64,000 nucleotides of DNA from the human T2T-CHM13v2.0 reference genome, Homo sapiens, in the NCBI GenBank assembly GCA_009914755.4, contig CP068257.2:41728001-41792000 (forward strand), read 5' to 3'. Shown here piece after piece: positions 40,984 through 54,655 of the stretch (its first letter is position 1; each line of letters begins with the position of its first letter). A program made the translations under genes and the position numbers. The notes below the pieces were generated by a model. The model saw nothing but the letters and a program-made list of their open reading frames with translations, was not told where the DNA came from and made no database searches.

Positions 40984-41787
40984 CATCTTCTTGATCCCTT
41001 CATCGGCTGACGGCCCCTCGGGCTGCTTCCTAGTATGGCTGTCGTCATGCTGCTGTGAACATGGGTGTACAAACCTCTCTGGGCCCTGCCTTCAGTTCTT
41101 CAGGGTCCATACCATTAGGAGGAGCGGCCGGATCAGGTGGTGGTTCTAATCTTTGAGGAGCTGGTACACTGCTCTCCCATAAAGGCTGCGCCATTTGACC
41201 CTCCCACCAACAGCGCACAAGGGGTCCACTTTGGTAAGGACCACCTTAATGGGAGCGAAGAGGTTGAAGAGCTTTTTTTAACCAAAATATCCACCAGGTG
41301 ACAACATGAACAAGTCCTTTGTTCTCATAAAGCAGCAGTGTGTGCCCTCTTGCTAGAAGGTGGTGAAGTCTTTCAGAGACCAGGAAATGGTTTGGCTGTG
41401 AGATTCTTCCAACTGCTTAATTTATAACCAGACTCAGAGAACCTGGCGGAGGATGGGGTAAGGATGGATGGTGCCGGCAGCCCCGGGCGGTGCTGAGACT
41501 TTCAGTGACTGAGCCCGGCCACTGGGGAAGGGTCCTGAGGAGGGGGCAGACCACGGGGCCACCTGTGGCTGCCGCAGGGGGAGGGGTCCTCTGCAGACGG
41601 AAGGCCATTAGTTCCCTGCAGTGAGGTGGAATGCAGGAGTTGGCTCCCTGCCCTCCTCTTTAAGATTTGAAACTTCTACAAGCCTGGAGGATGTGGCCTC
41701 TCAGGGAAGCCGCTTGGAAGGAAAGAGCTCCCAGAGAGATGAGAGAGAGAGGAAGGGAAAAAGTCAAGGTTTTTTCCTTCCAAATAT

Positions 41788-41793
41788 TTTATT
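41788..41793 (-). terminator. SIK1: Polyadenylation signal AATAAA (minus strand), within an AUUUA-rich context
   Basis: Plus strand tttatt at 41788-41793; U-rich sequence immediately downstream in transcript direction. Confidence 0.4.
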
Positions 41794-42377
41794 TAAATAT
41801 TAAATTAAAAAACATACATCAACTAATCATTTGGCATACATTTCTCATGTTAACATAAGAGATAAAATAATTCAGTTATGGTAAAAAAAAAAACTATGTA
41901 CATCTCAATCAGATCACGTAGTGTCTTTAAATAGGCTATTGCATTGCCGTCTGTATTACAGCACTGTCAAGAAATCTACAAAACACACATCACACACTCT
42001 TAAAAAAACAAGTAAAACACGCCTTTAACGTCCTCCAAAAGAGGTTCCACAGCAATAAGAAAAAACAAAAACCACCGTGAAAGTAAAGTGCTTGTCATTG
42101 CTTCAAAGAGGAAACACACAATGGTTTCTGAGGCCTTTGATCTATGGCATTAGAACAGAAATCATTTTAAAAAGGGGAAGGAGTTTTGTGTTGGAATCAA
42201 TTGTGCTACCTCTGTAAAAATGAAGGCAAGGGCCTGGCTGCCCCAAGATGGTCTGGATTCTCTCCCATCCCAAAAACTTCTTTATGAGCGAACAGGAGAC
42301 TTTGGTGTTTTCTCTGCGGCAAGGCACCTGGTCTGCCCTCCGGACAGCCTTTCGCCCAGTCTTTGAAACAGCCACAG

Positions 42378-42400
42378 AGCAGCAGCAGCAGCAGCAGCAG
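42378..42400. repeat. (CAG)n, ~8 units (CUG on the SIK1 transcript strand), in 3' UTR
   Basis: Read directly. Confidence 0.9.
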
Positions 42401-43075
42401 GAATGGGGGCAGCCAGCTTCCCTGCGGCCCGGCACAGGCACAGCCCCCGGTGGGCACCAGCAGGCCAGGGATGCAGCCTCCTGCACTGGGCCCGCCTCCC
42501 TACCCTCAAGTAACTGGGTCAATCTTTGGCTTTTAAAAATACCCGCCTTTCCCCTTTCTCAATGCCTCTGTTTAACACTGCAGGGTTTAAGAAGCCGAAG
42601 TAGCTGAAGGCACCTGGGCTGGGTTTGGGGGCGGGGACTGGACTCAGGGAGCAGCATTGCCTTCGTTGCCTTCCAAAGGCTTCTGGCTGGTGGAGCCCCA
42701 CGGAGTCCACCTGCTAAAGGTGCGCCCAGACCTGCCAGGTAAGGGCCGCCCCTTCCTGCCGCCTCCACCCCAGTGCTGAGGGAGCGAAGGCCCTGGGGCC
42801 CCTTCCTCAATGCACACCTGTGCTGACAGGGACGCTTCTTAACAACAGGAGCGAGGGAAGCTGAAACCTGGAACACAAACGTGTAGTACAAAATGTAACA
42901 AATAAGTAGTGTCTACCTGTCTCCCATGTAGATACATATACAGGATTTGCTTTAAAAAAAAAACAAAAACTTAAAAACACTGACCTAAACCTCTCACTTT
43001 ACCTTCCTTGAACAAAACCCAAAAAGCCTAGGTGGGGGGTGGGGAGGGGGGTCCCGGCCCAGGGCAGGCACCGCC

Positions 43076-43103
43076 CTGAGCCATGAGCCATGAGCCATGA
43101 GCC
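43076..43103. repeat. (GAGCCAT) x4 heptamer repeat in 3' UTR
   Basis: Read directly. Confidence 0.8.
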
Positions 43104-43589
43104 TGTCTCCCAGCTGCCCAGCCCTACAGTCAGCCTCCAATATTGCACAACTTCACCCAAGTCAGGTGTTCTTGTTGGACCCCATCATGAAATGCATAAA
43201 CGTCAGCAGCAGCGGAAACGGGAGGTGCAGCAGGAAGAAGCTTCTGGGCTTCCGCAAGGGCACGCAGGGGCTCAGGGCCAAGTGACCCTCAGGACGGAGT
43301 CCCCAGCACTTTGAAGTCACCTCTGCCCTCTCTGAGGTTCTTCCTGCCGTTCCTCCGCAGAGTCCTGGAAAACTAATCCTTGAGCAGTTTATGAAACTTC
43401 TCAACTAAAATAAGAAAAAAAAGTCTTCCAGGTTTTGATTTCAGGGGAGAGAATTCCTAGAATCTGTAGATGATCTTTGCCTGGGCTGCTTTAAAACTGA
43501 TACATGAAGCAGAAAGTTCACAGTTTTCCTTAAAGCAGAAATCAGGAAGTGGAGAGCGTTGACTAAAGAAATGGATAGTAATCAATGTA

Positions 43590-43593
<4 letters not shown>

Positions 43594-43620
<27 letters not shown>
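43594..43620. repeat. (CA)n, ~13 units (UG on transcript), in 3' UTR
   Basis: Read directly. Confidence 0.9.
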
Positions 43621-43622
<2 letters not shown>

Positions 43623-43996
43623 GCGGACAACAATGCGCCCGCTCGTTTCCGTAGACGTCCGAGGTAATCATCTCAACCACGACGAACCCAGAGAGAGGGG
43701 CCGAGATCCCCACACCACGGCACTGCACGTGTTCCCTCCACCCCGCTCCCCTCCTGCCCCCGCCCCCAGACACGCCCCTCAATTATCTTTCTTCCTAAAG
43801 TTTCCAGTCCCTACTCAAAGTTGAGGTCACTCAGTGCAAGAAAAAAATAAAACAAAAATAAACTAAAAAGCCAAAACACCTAACGTATTGCTTATTTCGC
43901 TTCTAGAAAGTTCTTGGCTTTGAGGCCAGATGTCTTCACCTCCTCTGAAGTTATTGCTGTAAGAGTCAGTGTCCGTGCCAGGATGCAGGGCTGCCC

Positions 43997-44372
43997 TCAC
44001 TGCACCAGGACAAACGTGCCTAGGGAGCAGGGCATCAGGTCCTCCATCTCACAGTCCCCCTGCAGCAGCCCCAGGGGCTCACAACCTGGGGCCAGCCTGG
44101 CCAGGCGTGGTGGGGGCACAGCGGGGAGGGCGGTGGGGCCGGTGCCAATGTGCAGGTGTGTGTCCAGGAGCTGCGCCGCTGAGGCCACCGGGGACGCGCC
44201 GGTCTGCAGGAGTGGGGGCGGCAGCAGCGGGAGCCCCGACGTGAGGAGGGTGCTGGGGAGCGGGGCAGCCCCAGGGCCATCACAGGGGGCGATCACAAAC
44301 GGGGCAGGGGCCGGCTGGGGGGCCTGGGAGCAGCCGGGTGCAGCGGCCGGGTGGTGCTGTAACTGGAGCAGC
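43997..44372 (-). CDS. SIK1: SIK1 last coding exon (coding exon 13), aa 659-783 plus stop TGA
   Basis: Acceptor ...ctctgttcccacag|GCTGCTCCAG; translates ...LLQLQHHPAAAPGCSQAPQP...DCEMEDLMPCSLGTFVLVQ* (ORF 43997..44296); phase continues AG|G=R from the preceding exon. Confidence 0.9.
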
Positions 44373-44797
44373 CTGTGGGAACAGAGGACAGGTGGTCACT
44401 GCGCCGGCTCGCAGGGTTCTCGGGTTTCCGAGTGCCCGTGTGGCAGGGCCCGCCCGTGGAGCTGCCAGCCGCGGCTGCCGAGGGCAGGTGCGTGGCTGAT
44501 CCCTGACCGCGCCCCACCTTTCATTCTCCACCCGGTTTCTCAGCAGCTCAGAGATGCGGCCACAAGGCGCCCTCGCTCCCCGCCACCCTCACCCACCCAG
44601 GGACTTTAAAGGACACGCCCGCCTGCTGCACCCCCATGGCTCAGCACCTAGGACCTACGCCCCACACATCTCCCTGGCTGGGAGCGGGGGTGTGCACTGG
44701 GCTACAGAGAGGAGGGAACCACTTAGCAGATGAGGTTCCTCGAGGAGATAACCTGCCGTGTGCCCACCCGGGGTCCCAGGGCGGGGGCAGGCCCTAC

Positions 44798-45029
44798 CTC
44801 TGCTGCTCTAGCACCTCCTCCAGCAGGCTCCAGCCCTCCCGGCTGCCGGCTGCGCCGCCGTGCAGGCCTGGGCTCTGTGCAGGGGCGTGGAAGGGGCTCA
44901 GGCCGCCCCTGCTGGCCCGGCTGGCAGGGACCTGGCACACCTGGCGAGCCAGCCCCTTGATTTTGTTCAGTCCCAGAAACCCTTTGGTCCGCGTGGTCTT
45001 CCTCAGCTGCTGCCGAAAGGCCTTCAGCC
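44798..45029 (-). CDS. SIK1: SIK1 coding exon 12, aa 582-659
   Basis: Acceptor ccctgcag|GGCTGAAGGCC, donor CAGCAGAG|gtagggcc; encodes LKAFRQQLRKTTRTKGFLGLNKIKGLARQVCQVPASRASRGG...EEVLEQQ (open frame without Met, hence absent from the ORF track). Confidence 0.9.
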
Positions 45030-45514
45030 CTGCAGGGAGAATGAATCAGGAGGTCAACGGCCACCCGGCTCTCAGCCCAGCATCCACGGCCCTTGGCTTA
45101 AGGGGTTTCCAAGCCTCAGGTTGGGGGTAAGGAAAGGACGGGTGACACAAGCACGTCTGGACAGGAGTCTGGCACCTAAGCCCCAGGATGGCGTGGAGGC
45201 AGCTGGCAGCCAGGGGCCCTCCCTCCTCCAAGTCGGGAGGTGCTGCCCAGCACAGAGTCGTCTCCTGTGCTTTCAGAACCAGCCATGGAGGCCGCGTGCT
45301 CAGGGACCCATGTGTGTCTATCCCAGCAGGCCGTGACGCCCCGAGCCACCAGAGCACTGAGCACCCCAGCCTGCCCAGAGCACTGAGGGTCCCACCCAGG
45401 CCCGGTGGAGAACAGGGGGTGCCATCTGCCATCACGGACAAAGTCACGTACTGCCAGAGACACACATGGTCCCCTGGGGAAGGTGGAGGTAAGTGTGGGA
45501 GGAGCGTGGCTCAC

Positions 45515-45796
45515 CTTGAGTCAGTGAGGTGTCCGACGCCCGCCGTCCCTCCTGGAAGCTGACAGGGAGCAGAACAGCTCCTCCCAAGCCCCCCTGAGCC
45601 TGCAGCACTGGGGTGGCGGACTGCGACCCCAGGAAGGGCGAGGCCAGCCTGACCGGGGAGCAGGCGCCCAGCAGCCCCTGAGTGGCCGGGGTGCCACTGA
45701 GCCCCGCGGGGCTTTTGCTCGCAGAGAAGGTCAGACAACTGTCAGAGCTGGTTCCCTCTGCAGGACTTGCCGTGGTGGAGGGGGAGACGACTATAC
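45515..45796 (-). CDS. SIK1: SIK1 coding exon 11, aa 488-582, includes the RRASDTS motif (PKA site region)
   Basis: Acceptor ccccccacag|GTATAGTC, donor CTCAAG|gtgagcc; ORF 45444..45869 reads ...IVVSPSTTASPAEGTSSDS...VSFQEGRRASDTSLTQG. Confidence 0.9.
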
Positions 45797-46275
45797 CTGT
45801 GGGGGGAGGACAGCGCTTTTGATGCTGCAGTGCAAAGGAATAGGCTCCCCCGGCCACTGCTGGGCACACATGGCTGCGCTGGCCTCCCCATCCCCACCAT
45901 CAACCTGGTGGGAAGAGGGCTCGAGGCCACCAGAGCCCAGGGAGCCACAAAGGCAAGCCACCATCACGGTGCAGCTGCAGGGGGCAGGTCATAGTGGGCC
46001 TCAGGCCAAGGGGCTGCCCTCCCGGCACCCAGGGGCGGCCTGGGGAGGACCCTGCTGGAGGCCAGACCCCATGCTGTATCCTCCACTGGAACGACCACAT
46101 GCAGGGCAGGCTCTAAACATCAACTGTGTGGTCTCAGGGATTAAAACAAATGGCAAATCCTGAGAAGTCCAACCTGAGAGGCTGCCGGGCAAAACGTCCA
46201 TTCTAAATTAGCCCACCCTCACGTCGACCGTAAGCCTATCCACCGGTGTCCTCCTGGGCCCCCGGGGACACTTAC

Positions 46276-46492
46276 ATGGCGCGGTGAGTGGGGAGAGGCG
46301 GGTGGAGACCTCGGCCAGGGTGTGCCTCCGGCCCGTGCTGCTGGGCAGGGACTCCTGCGTGTCCTGCTCCTCCTCTAGGCCCGGCCCCTGCCTGGCCTCC
46401 TCACTGATGGCTGTGTCCAGCAGGCTGCTTGGGGACACGGGCCGGGGCCGGAACACTCCGCTGCAGCTGGCATCCACCGGGAAGAACAAGGG
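46276..46492 (-). CDS. SIK1: SIK1 coding exon 10, aa 416-488
   Basis: Acceptor tctccaacgcag|CCCTTGTTC, donor GCGCCAT|gtaagtg; ORF 46208..46603 reads ...PLFFPVDASCSGVFRPRPVSPSSLLDTAISEEARQGPGLEEEQDTQESLPSSTGRRHTLAEVSTRLSPLTAP. Confidence 0.9.
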
Positions 46493-46607
46493 CTGCGTTG
46501 GAGAGACACAAGCCAGTGACTTCTCGGACTCCAGGTGACCCGGGCACACCGGGGGCACCAGGGCTGGGCTGAGGCGAGCCCTCTGCACACCCGCTGTGGG
46601 CACTCAC

Positions 46608-46733
46608 CCACTGCAGCGAGCTCTGGAGCTCACAGTCCATCTCGGCCTGGAGGACGGACTGCACCAAGGTCTGCGGCTGCGGGCACAGCAAGGCAGGTCG
46701 GAAAGGGTCGGTGGAAAGACCTTCCTGAGGCAC
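46608..46733 (-). CDS. SIK1: SIK1 coding exon 9, aa 374-415
   Basis: Acceptor ccggccccag|GTGCCTCAG, donor CAGTGG|gtgagtg; encodes VPQEGLSTDPFRPALLCPQPQTLVQSVLQAEMDCELQSSLQW. Confidence 0.9.
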
Positions 46734-47113
46734 CTGGGGCCGGCAGACGGGAAAGACGCTGTCAGGGGAGCGACTCCGGACCACCAGCGCCATCAAGAGA
46801 AGAAACAAGCTGGCTTCTGTCTGGAGTGCAAGCTGCCTCGCTGGTGGGCATGACAGCTGACGGAGGGACACTGGCTGGCCAGGCTGGGCTCAGGACCAGG
46901 TGCTGGTGCTGCGCTGCCAGAAGGTGGCGTGACAGGCCGGCCCCAGGGATGAGTCAGGGACAAGTGGCCTCTGGGCAGAGTCCAGCCCCCAGCAGCTGGC
47001 ACCCCCTTCCCCACGAGGCCTGGGACCCGCTGCCCACGCAAGGAACCGCCCTCCAAACCGGTGCCTGACAGGGGAGGGAGCCTGGGGCCTGGGAGGAGAC
47101 TCCTCCCCCTCAC

Positions 47114-47260
47114 CTCCAAACCACTGAGGTCCGAGCTCCGAGGCCGCGGCTGCCTGGCAGGCCCGGGGCGGGCGCACTGGGCATTCCGATACTCCTTGAG
47201 CCGCTCAAGGAGGAGGTAATAAATGGCAGCAAAGTGGTTATAGCTGCTGTTTTGCAGTGA
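47114..47260 (-). CDS. SIK1: SIK1 coding exon 8, aa 325-373
   Basis: Acceptor ttgttcccag|TCACTGCAA, donor TTGGAG|gtgaggg; encodes SLQNSSYNHFAAIYYLLLERLKEYRNAQCARPGPARQPRPRSSDLSGLE. Confidence 0.9.
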
Positions 47261-47488
47261 CTGGGAACAAGAGGAGCAGAGATCAGCATGGGGATGGCGG
47301 GGAGCCCCAGGGCCCACCCGATCCCAGGTTATTCTTGGGTGACTGAGAATATCCTTTAGTGGGGTGGACAAGCCGGCCCCTAAATTAGCCTGTGCTCCCG
47401 TTTTAACTCAGCTGGTGAGTGCCTGCTTCCCCTGAGACAGCTGCCTAGCCCCTGCGGGTGAGGCCAGGGCAAGTGTGGCCAGGCTCAC

Positions 47489-47712
47489 CTCCACCGTCCT
47501 CTGCCGGTCCACGCCCAGGGTCTGCATGATACCCAGCGCCTGCTCATCGTAGTCGCCCAGGTTGGAGGTGTAGCTGTGTGCGGAGAAGGCGGGGCAGGCG
47601 GGTCCCGGCAAGCAGGGCTCAGCCCGCATCCACCGGTGCTGCCGGATCTGGGCGATGGTGATGCGCCTGGCGGGGTCCACCACCAGCATGCGGCGGATCA
47701 GGCTCTCACAGT
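47489..47712 (-). CDS. SIK1: SIK1 coding exon 7, aa 250-324 (end of kinase domain, UBA region)
   Basis: Acceptor ctccacag|ACTGTGAGAGC, donor ACGGTGGAG|gtgagcc; ORF 47408..47773 reads DCESLIRRMLVVDPARRITIAQIRQHRWM...GIMQTLGVDRQRTVE. Confidence 0.9.
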
Positions 47713-48199
47713 CTGTGGAGGGGCCAGGAGGCTGAGCCAGGGCGGCCGGGACCTCGGCTGCGCTCCCACCCACCGCCCCACGTGGTTTGACACGCCAGGG
47801 CCCAGGAGCAGGGGCCGGGCCATCGGCTCAGTCCTGCCACCCAAGGGGAGCCATCAGCCAGGGATCCAGACCCTGGGGGCTGCCACACTTTGTGTCCACC
47901 ACACAGAGAACCACTTAGGTTCACCCTTCTGCCGTGCCCCACACCTGAGCACCAGGTGGACAGGCATCTTTATGACACAGAAAAGCCGGGTGAGCCACAG
48001 CCAGTGGGTTGGACTCAGGGATGATGCCAGCACCCTGGGTGCGGGTACTGGGCGGGGACGGCAGGCGCAAGGCACAAGCCTGTGCAGCAAGGGCACCCGT
48101 CCACCCTCGAAATAGGGCACTGAGAAGGCATCCATGGGCTGGGTTTCTCCCGCAGCCCACAGTAACCTGGGCCTGATTCCCAGACTCAACAAGGACTCA

Positions 48200-49292
<1,093 letters not shown>

Positions 49293-49622
49293 CTAAAGAA
49301 GAAAGACCTGACATTTAACCGCACAAAAAAGGCACAAGGCAGCGCTACAAACCATCCACCAGAACCCCAGGAAATTTCTAACTTCTCTAGGACAAAGGCA
49401 TTCATCATTTAAAAATGCAAAGAAAAAGAAAAATTTCTCAAATAAAAAAAAAATAGGAGATTCCTACTCACAAAGACAGCTTTGAAAAATCAGAGGTGAA
49501 TTCCTCACTGACTTGCCTATCCTGATACACCTTTGCTCTCACAAAAGGTCTAAATATATTAGAATTCCCCTCTGTGGTCATATTTAATTCAAGACACCTC
49601 ACATACAATTTGAGAATGCTTA

Positions 49623-49905
<283 letters not shown>

Positions 49906-50360
49906 GAGAGACAGTATTCTGAAGGCTACAGAGGAGGAGATTGCTGGAAGTCTGCTGGGCTTTATAGAAGCCTAGTAGGCAACAGATGATTCCAGCCAAC
50001 GGTCAGAGCCACCTGGGTAATAGAGAATGCACACCCCATTCCCACTCGCTTGATTGACAGGATGAATGACGCTGTGGGAACCCAGCTTTATTGACAGGAT
50101 GAATGAGGCTGTGAGAATCCAGCCTCATTCACTCAGCATGTAGCCATTCACTCAGCATGTAGCCACACAACAGCCATGCCAACATAGCCCTTTGAAGTTC
50201 ATTCACTAATCAATAACTTTATTTTACTTAAAAAGAGATTTAAAAATATAACTTATGTCTGTGAGTATTGAAAAATTTTGGAGAGGATGAGGCAATATAT
50301 TCTTATGAAAAAAGATTTTTTTGGGTTCAAAATATAGTTATTCCTTTAAAAAGATGCTTT

Positions 50361-50662
50361 GTGCTGGAGGTGGTGGCTCATGCTTGTAATCCCAGTACTT
50401 TGGGATCACCCAGGCTGATCACTTGAGGTTAGGAGTTCGAGACCAGCCTGGTCAACATGGTGAAACCCCATCTCTACTAAAAATACAAAAATTAGCCAGG
50501 TGTGGTGGCGCGTGCCTGTAGTCCCAGCTACTTGGGAGGCTGAGGTAGGAGAATCGCTTGAACCCAGGAGGTGGAGGTTGCAGTGAGTCACGATCCATAG
50601 CGCCACTGCACTCCAGCCTGGGCGACAGTGAGACTCCATCTCAAAAAAAAAAAAAAAAAAAA
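50361..50662 (+). mobile_element. Alu SINE (plus) in SIK1 intron 2
   Basis: TSD aaaagatgctt at 50349-50360 and 50660-50670. Confidence 0.9.
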
Positions 50663-50937
50663 AGATGCTTCAAAGATTGCTGCTTTGAGTTATAAATCTA
50701 AAAAGAAAAGTGTTCTATAAATTCTAGCAGTTTGGCAAGAATTTTAACTGCCCCGCCCCTGTGGGTGGTACAATAACTCTAAGACCACTGCTGACCCGTC
50801 CCCAACTGAAGAAAGGGAGGAGGAGGAAAAGAATTAAAAGTCAAAGTGTTTGAACTTTTTGAAAACTTGAAAAAAAGAGGGAAGTGTCTCAGCAGGGTTC
50901 TGGGGCCCCGGCCAGCGGAATGAAAATTAGACACTAG

Positions 50938-51392
<455 letters not shown>

Positions 51393-52633
51393 TCAGCAGC
51401 AAACACATGGGCAATTTGTTTCTTTAACGGAGCTAATTCCACACAATGGGCAAAGGAGAAGAACAGGAAGAAAAGGAAGGTACTACCATTAGGGTTCAGC
51501 CCTTGAGCAAAGTCAAAAACAAAACCAGCTCAGCCCACTCCTGAGGAAATGGGCTGGGCACGCTGCACAGGCAGTACACCAGTGGCCATGGAGCACACAA
51601 CTTAAAAATGACAACAGAAACAAAACACAAACCAGGCGCACACGGCATGAATTCTGTGCTTAAAGACACTGAGCAAACTGTCGTAAGCTCCACCAATACT
51701 GCTACTTTTATTTTCAATCTAGTGCAGAGGCTTTTGGGGGATAATTTCGAATCATAATTCTCTCTCCTACCACACTGTACACCGAGCTGTCCTAATTGCA
51801 CAAACACACACAACAACATCCCAGAGTCATCTCACATTCCATTTCATAAGAATCATTACGAGGAACTTCAACCCAACACAAATGGATGAAATAGCACCTG
51901 CAAAGAACTTCTTCTGCAAGAAGACTTGATTTCACCTTGCAAAAGTGGTCATTTGTCATTAGGGAGGTGTAAATGATTGCTTTGCTGTTCTAATTAAATT
52001 AGTACTTATTTCCTGATGATATAATTTATTAATTTCAACATGAGAACAAAAATTAAGTCACAAAATAAACCAACAGAGAGACAGGGCAAGCCATGTTCCT
52101 AGCATGGATTAAATGACAAGCTCCTTGCTCTTACTATGGAAAAGTATTTTCATCTCTCCGTTTTTCATGGAAGAGTTTAAATAGGGAAAACAAATGCTCA
52201 CTACTGTCCTTGCAAAAATAAACTAATGAAAACCAGTAAGAGCAGCTGGCTTTAAAGTTTAATAATTATCTGCAAAGGCAGAAGTTTCCAGTTTCACTCA
52301 AATTTGTCCTTTTATACTAAATGCGTGACCTGTGGCAATACCTACAGATAAGTTTGTCTGTTTTCATAGTAAAGCAAATTTACAACAGACTTCTACACAT
52401 TTAAAACTGGATCAGGTTAGGATACTAAATAAAATTCTAATGAAGCAAATCTCAATTATGATCCAAAAGCAATAAAATAATTGTAAATATATCTGCACAG
52501 CCTATAAAAATCAATCTATTTACCTTATACAACCAAATGCCCAACTTCCACACACTCCCCAAAAGGGAAGCCACCTTCAGAAATTGCAGACTTATGCTGT
52601 TGGAAATAAAATATAACACATTTGCCAGGATTA

Positions 52634-52777
<144 letters not shown>

Positions 52778-53153
52778 CTACAAATTTAAAAAGAAAAAGG
52801 ATATTCTGTGGGTTTTTTTAAAAAAAGAAAAGAAACCCTCAACCTAATTTACACATTTCATTTTTTGCAAGTTAATTTCTCAACACTCTGTCTCCAGAAG
52901 GTCACAAGAAGTTGGGAAAACATAACCAAAGTAACCACTAATGTTATTTAAAATAATCAGAGTTAAGTAAGTGACTTAAGTATTTGCAGGCTCACTTTAC
53001 AGGGTTTAGCTCTGAGTCCATGAACCACTGCAATCTTAGGTTGGTCCTTTTTTTTGCTATTATCCTCTCTGCTTTCTCCCAATATATGTCCAAATTATGC
53101 AGCAACATAATATAAAGCATTATTTTTCTTTACCGAACTAAAAACGGTTACTA

Positions 53154-53465
<312 letters not shown>

Positions 53466-53469
53466 TCAG

Positions 53470-54070
53470 AGCCCACCAGCGCCCCCGCCGCCCGCGGTCG
53501 GCTCCATCCGTGCCCGCGGAGCCCCCAGTCCCCACGGGACGCAGGGACCTGCTCCCACGCCTGTCGCCCCCACTCTATCCACGGGCCCCTCCAGCCCCGT
53601 GGGAGGTGTGGACCCGCCCCCGCCGCCCGCTCCACCCGGACCCCCGACCCTCTTGAGCCCCGCGGGGCGCACGGACCCGCTCTCATAGAGGCCCCTGCCG
53701 CCCGAGTCCGGTTCCGTCCCGATCCCGGGACCCCCTGAGCCGGGATTCCACACTCGCCTCCCGCCGCCCGCTGTCGGTTCCGTCCCCACCCTCGACCCCT
53801 TTAGCACCTCTGGGCGCGGACCCGCTCCCACACCTGGCCCTGCCACCCGAGGTCGGCTCGATCCGGATCCCAGGACCGTCCCCTGCCCCGCTCCCACACC
53901 CTGCCCCCGCCGCCCGCGATCCGTCCGGTCCCCACCCCCGACATCCCAGGCACCTCGGGGATCGCGGACCCGCCCCCCACACCCGGTCTCTCCGCCCGCG
54001 GTCGGCTCCAACCTGACCCCCGGCTCCCCAGCCCCTGAGCCCCGCGGACTCACTCCTACCCCGGCCCCCC
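53470..54070. repeat. Degenerate GC-rich tandem repeat (~60-140-bp units sharing ccgccgcccgcggtcggctcc...gagccccgcgg...gacccgctcccacacc), ~6 diverged copies
   Basis: Motif recurrences at ~53479, 53596, 53699, 53760, 53843, 53904 and 53991. Confidence 0.5.
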
Positions 54071-54263
54071 AACAAAGGGGAGCCCGAGGGCGGCCAGGCC
54101 GCCAACCCCGCCCGCGAACCCCGCGCGCGCAAGGCCAGGGACCCTGCGCGGTGGCTGCAACCCCGAGCCCCGGCCCGGCGCCCGCGCGGAGCCCCCACGG
54201 CGGCCACCTCCGCCCGCCCGGAGCCCGCCGCTGCCGCCGCTGCCGCCGCTGCCGCCGCCTCAC

Positions 54264-54450
54264 CTCCGCCGCCACCGGAGCGCCCAGGCCAGGAAGCCGC
54301 CCGCTCGGCCGCTGGCGCTGCTCGGGTGCCTACTGCTCCGGCTGCCGCCGCCGCTGCTGCTGCCTCCGGGGCCGCGCCGCATGTCAGCCCGGAGCCGCCG
54401 CGCTCCGCCGCACGCGGCGCCCGGCCCCGCCCCGGCCCGCCCCGGCCCGC
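54264..54450 (-). other. SIK1: Putative SIK1 non-coding exon 1 (5' UTR); 5' end (TSS) not determinable
   Basis: Minus-strand donor GGCGGCGGAG|gtgaggcggc (gt = plus 54263-54262) pairs with acceptor ccccgcag|GTGCGCGCGGAGCCATGG at 53447/53446, 14 nt upstream of the ATG; it lies immediately downstream of GC boxes and CREs. Confidence 0.3.
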
Positions 54451-54499
54451 CCCCCGTAGTCCCCGCCCCCTGCCCCGCCCCCGCCGCCCGGGCGGGGGC

Positions 54500-54655
54500 C
54501 GCCCATTGACGTCGCTTTGACGCCAGAGCGACGCGCGGCCGAGCGCCGGGCGGAGGGAGAGCGGGAGATCGGGCGGTTGCCAAGAGACTGGCGGCTCTGA
54601 CGCGCGCGGGATGAGGCCGTTGCCCTGGCGACCGCGGGCCGGTGACGTCAGGGGC
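54500..54655 (-). promoter_or_regulatory. SIK1: SIK1 promoter core with cAMP-response elements: TGACGTCA (54643-54650), TGACGTCG (54507-54514), half-site TGACG (54518-54522), plus Sp1-type GC boxes (54421-54480)
   Basis: Motifs read directly; SIK1 is an established CREB target gene. Confidence 0.6.

Larger units (their letters stand above)
41770..43996 (-). other. SIK1: SIK1 3' UTR (~2.2 kb, inferred)
   Basis: Runs from stop codon TGA (43999..43997) to the first minus-strand AATAAA (41793..41788); no other AATAAA found on the minus strand in between. Contains (CUG)n, (UG)n and AUUUA motifs. Confidence 0.5.
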
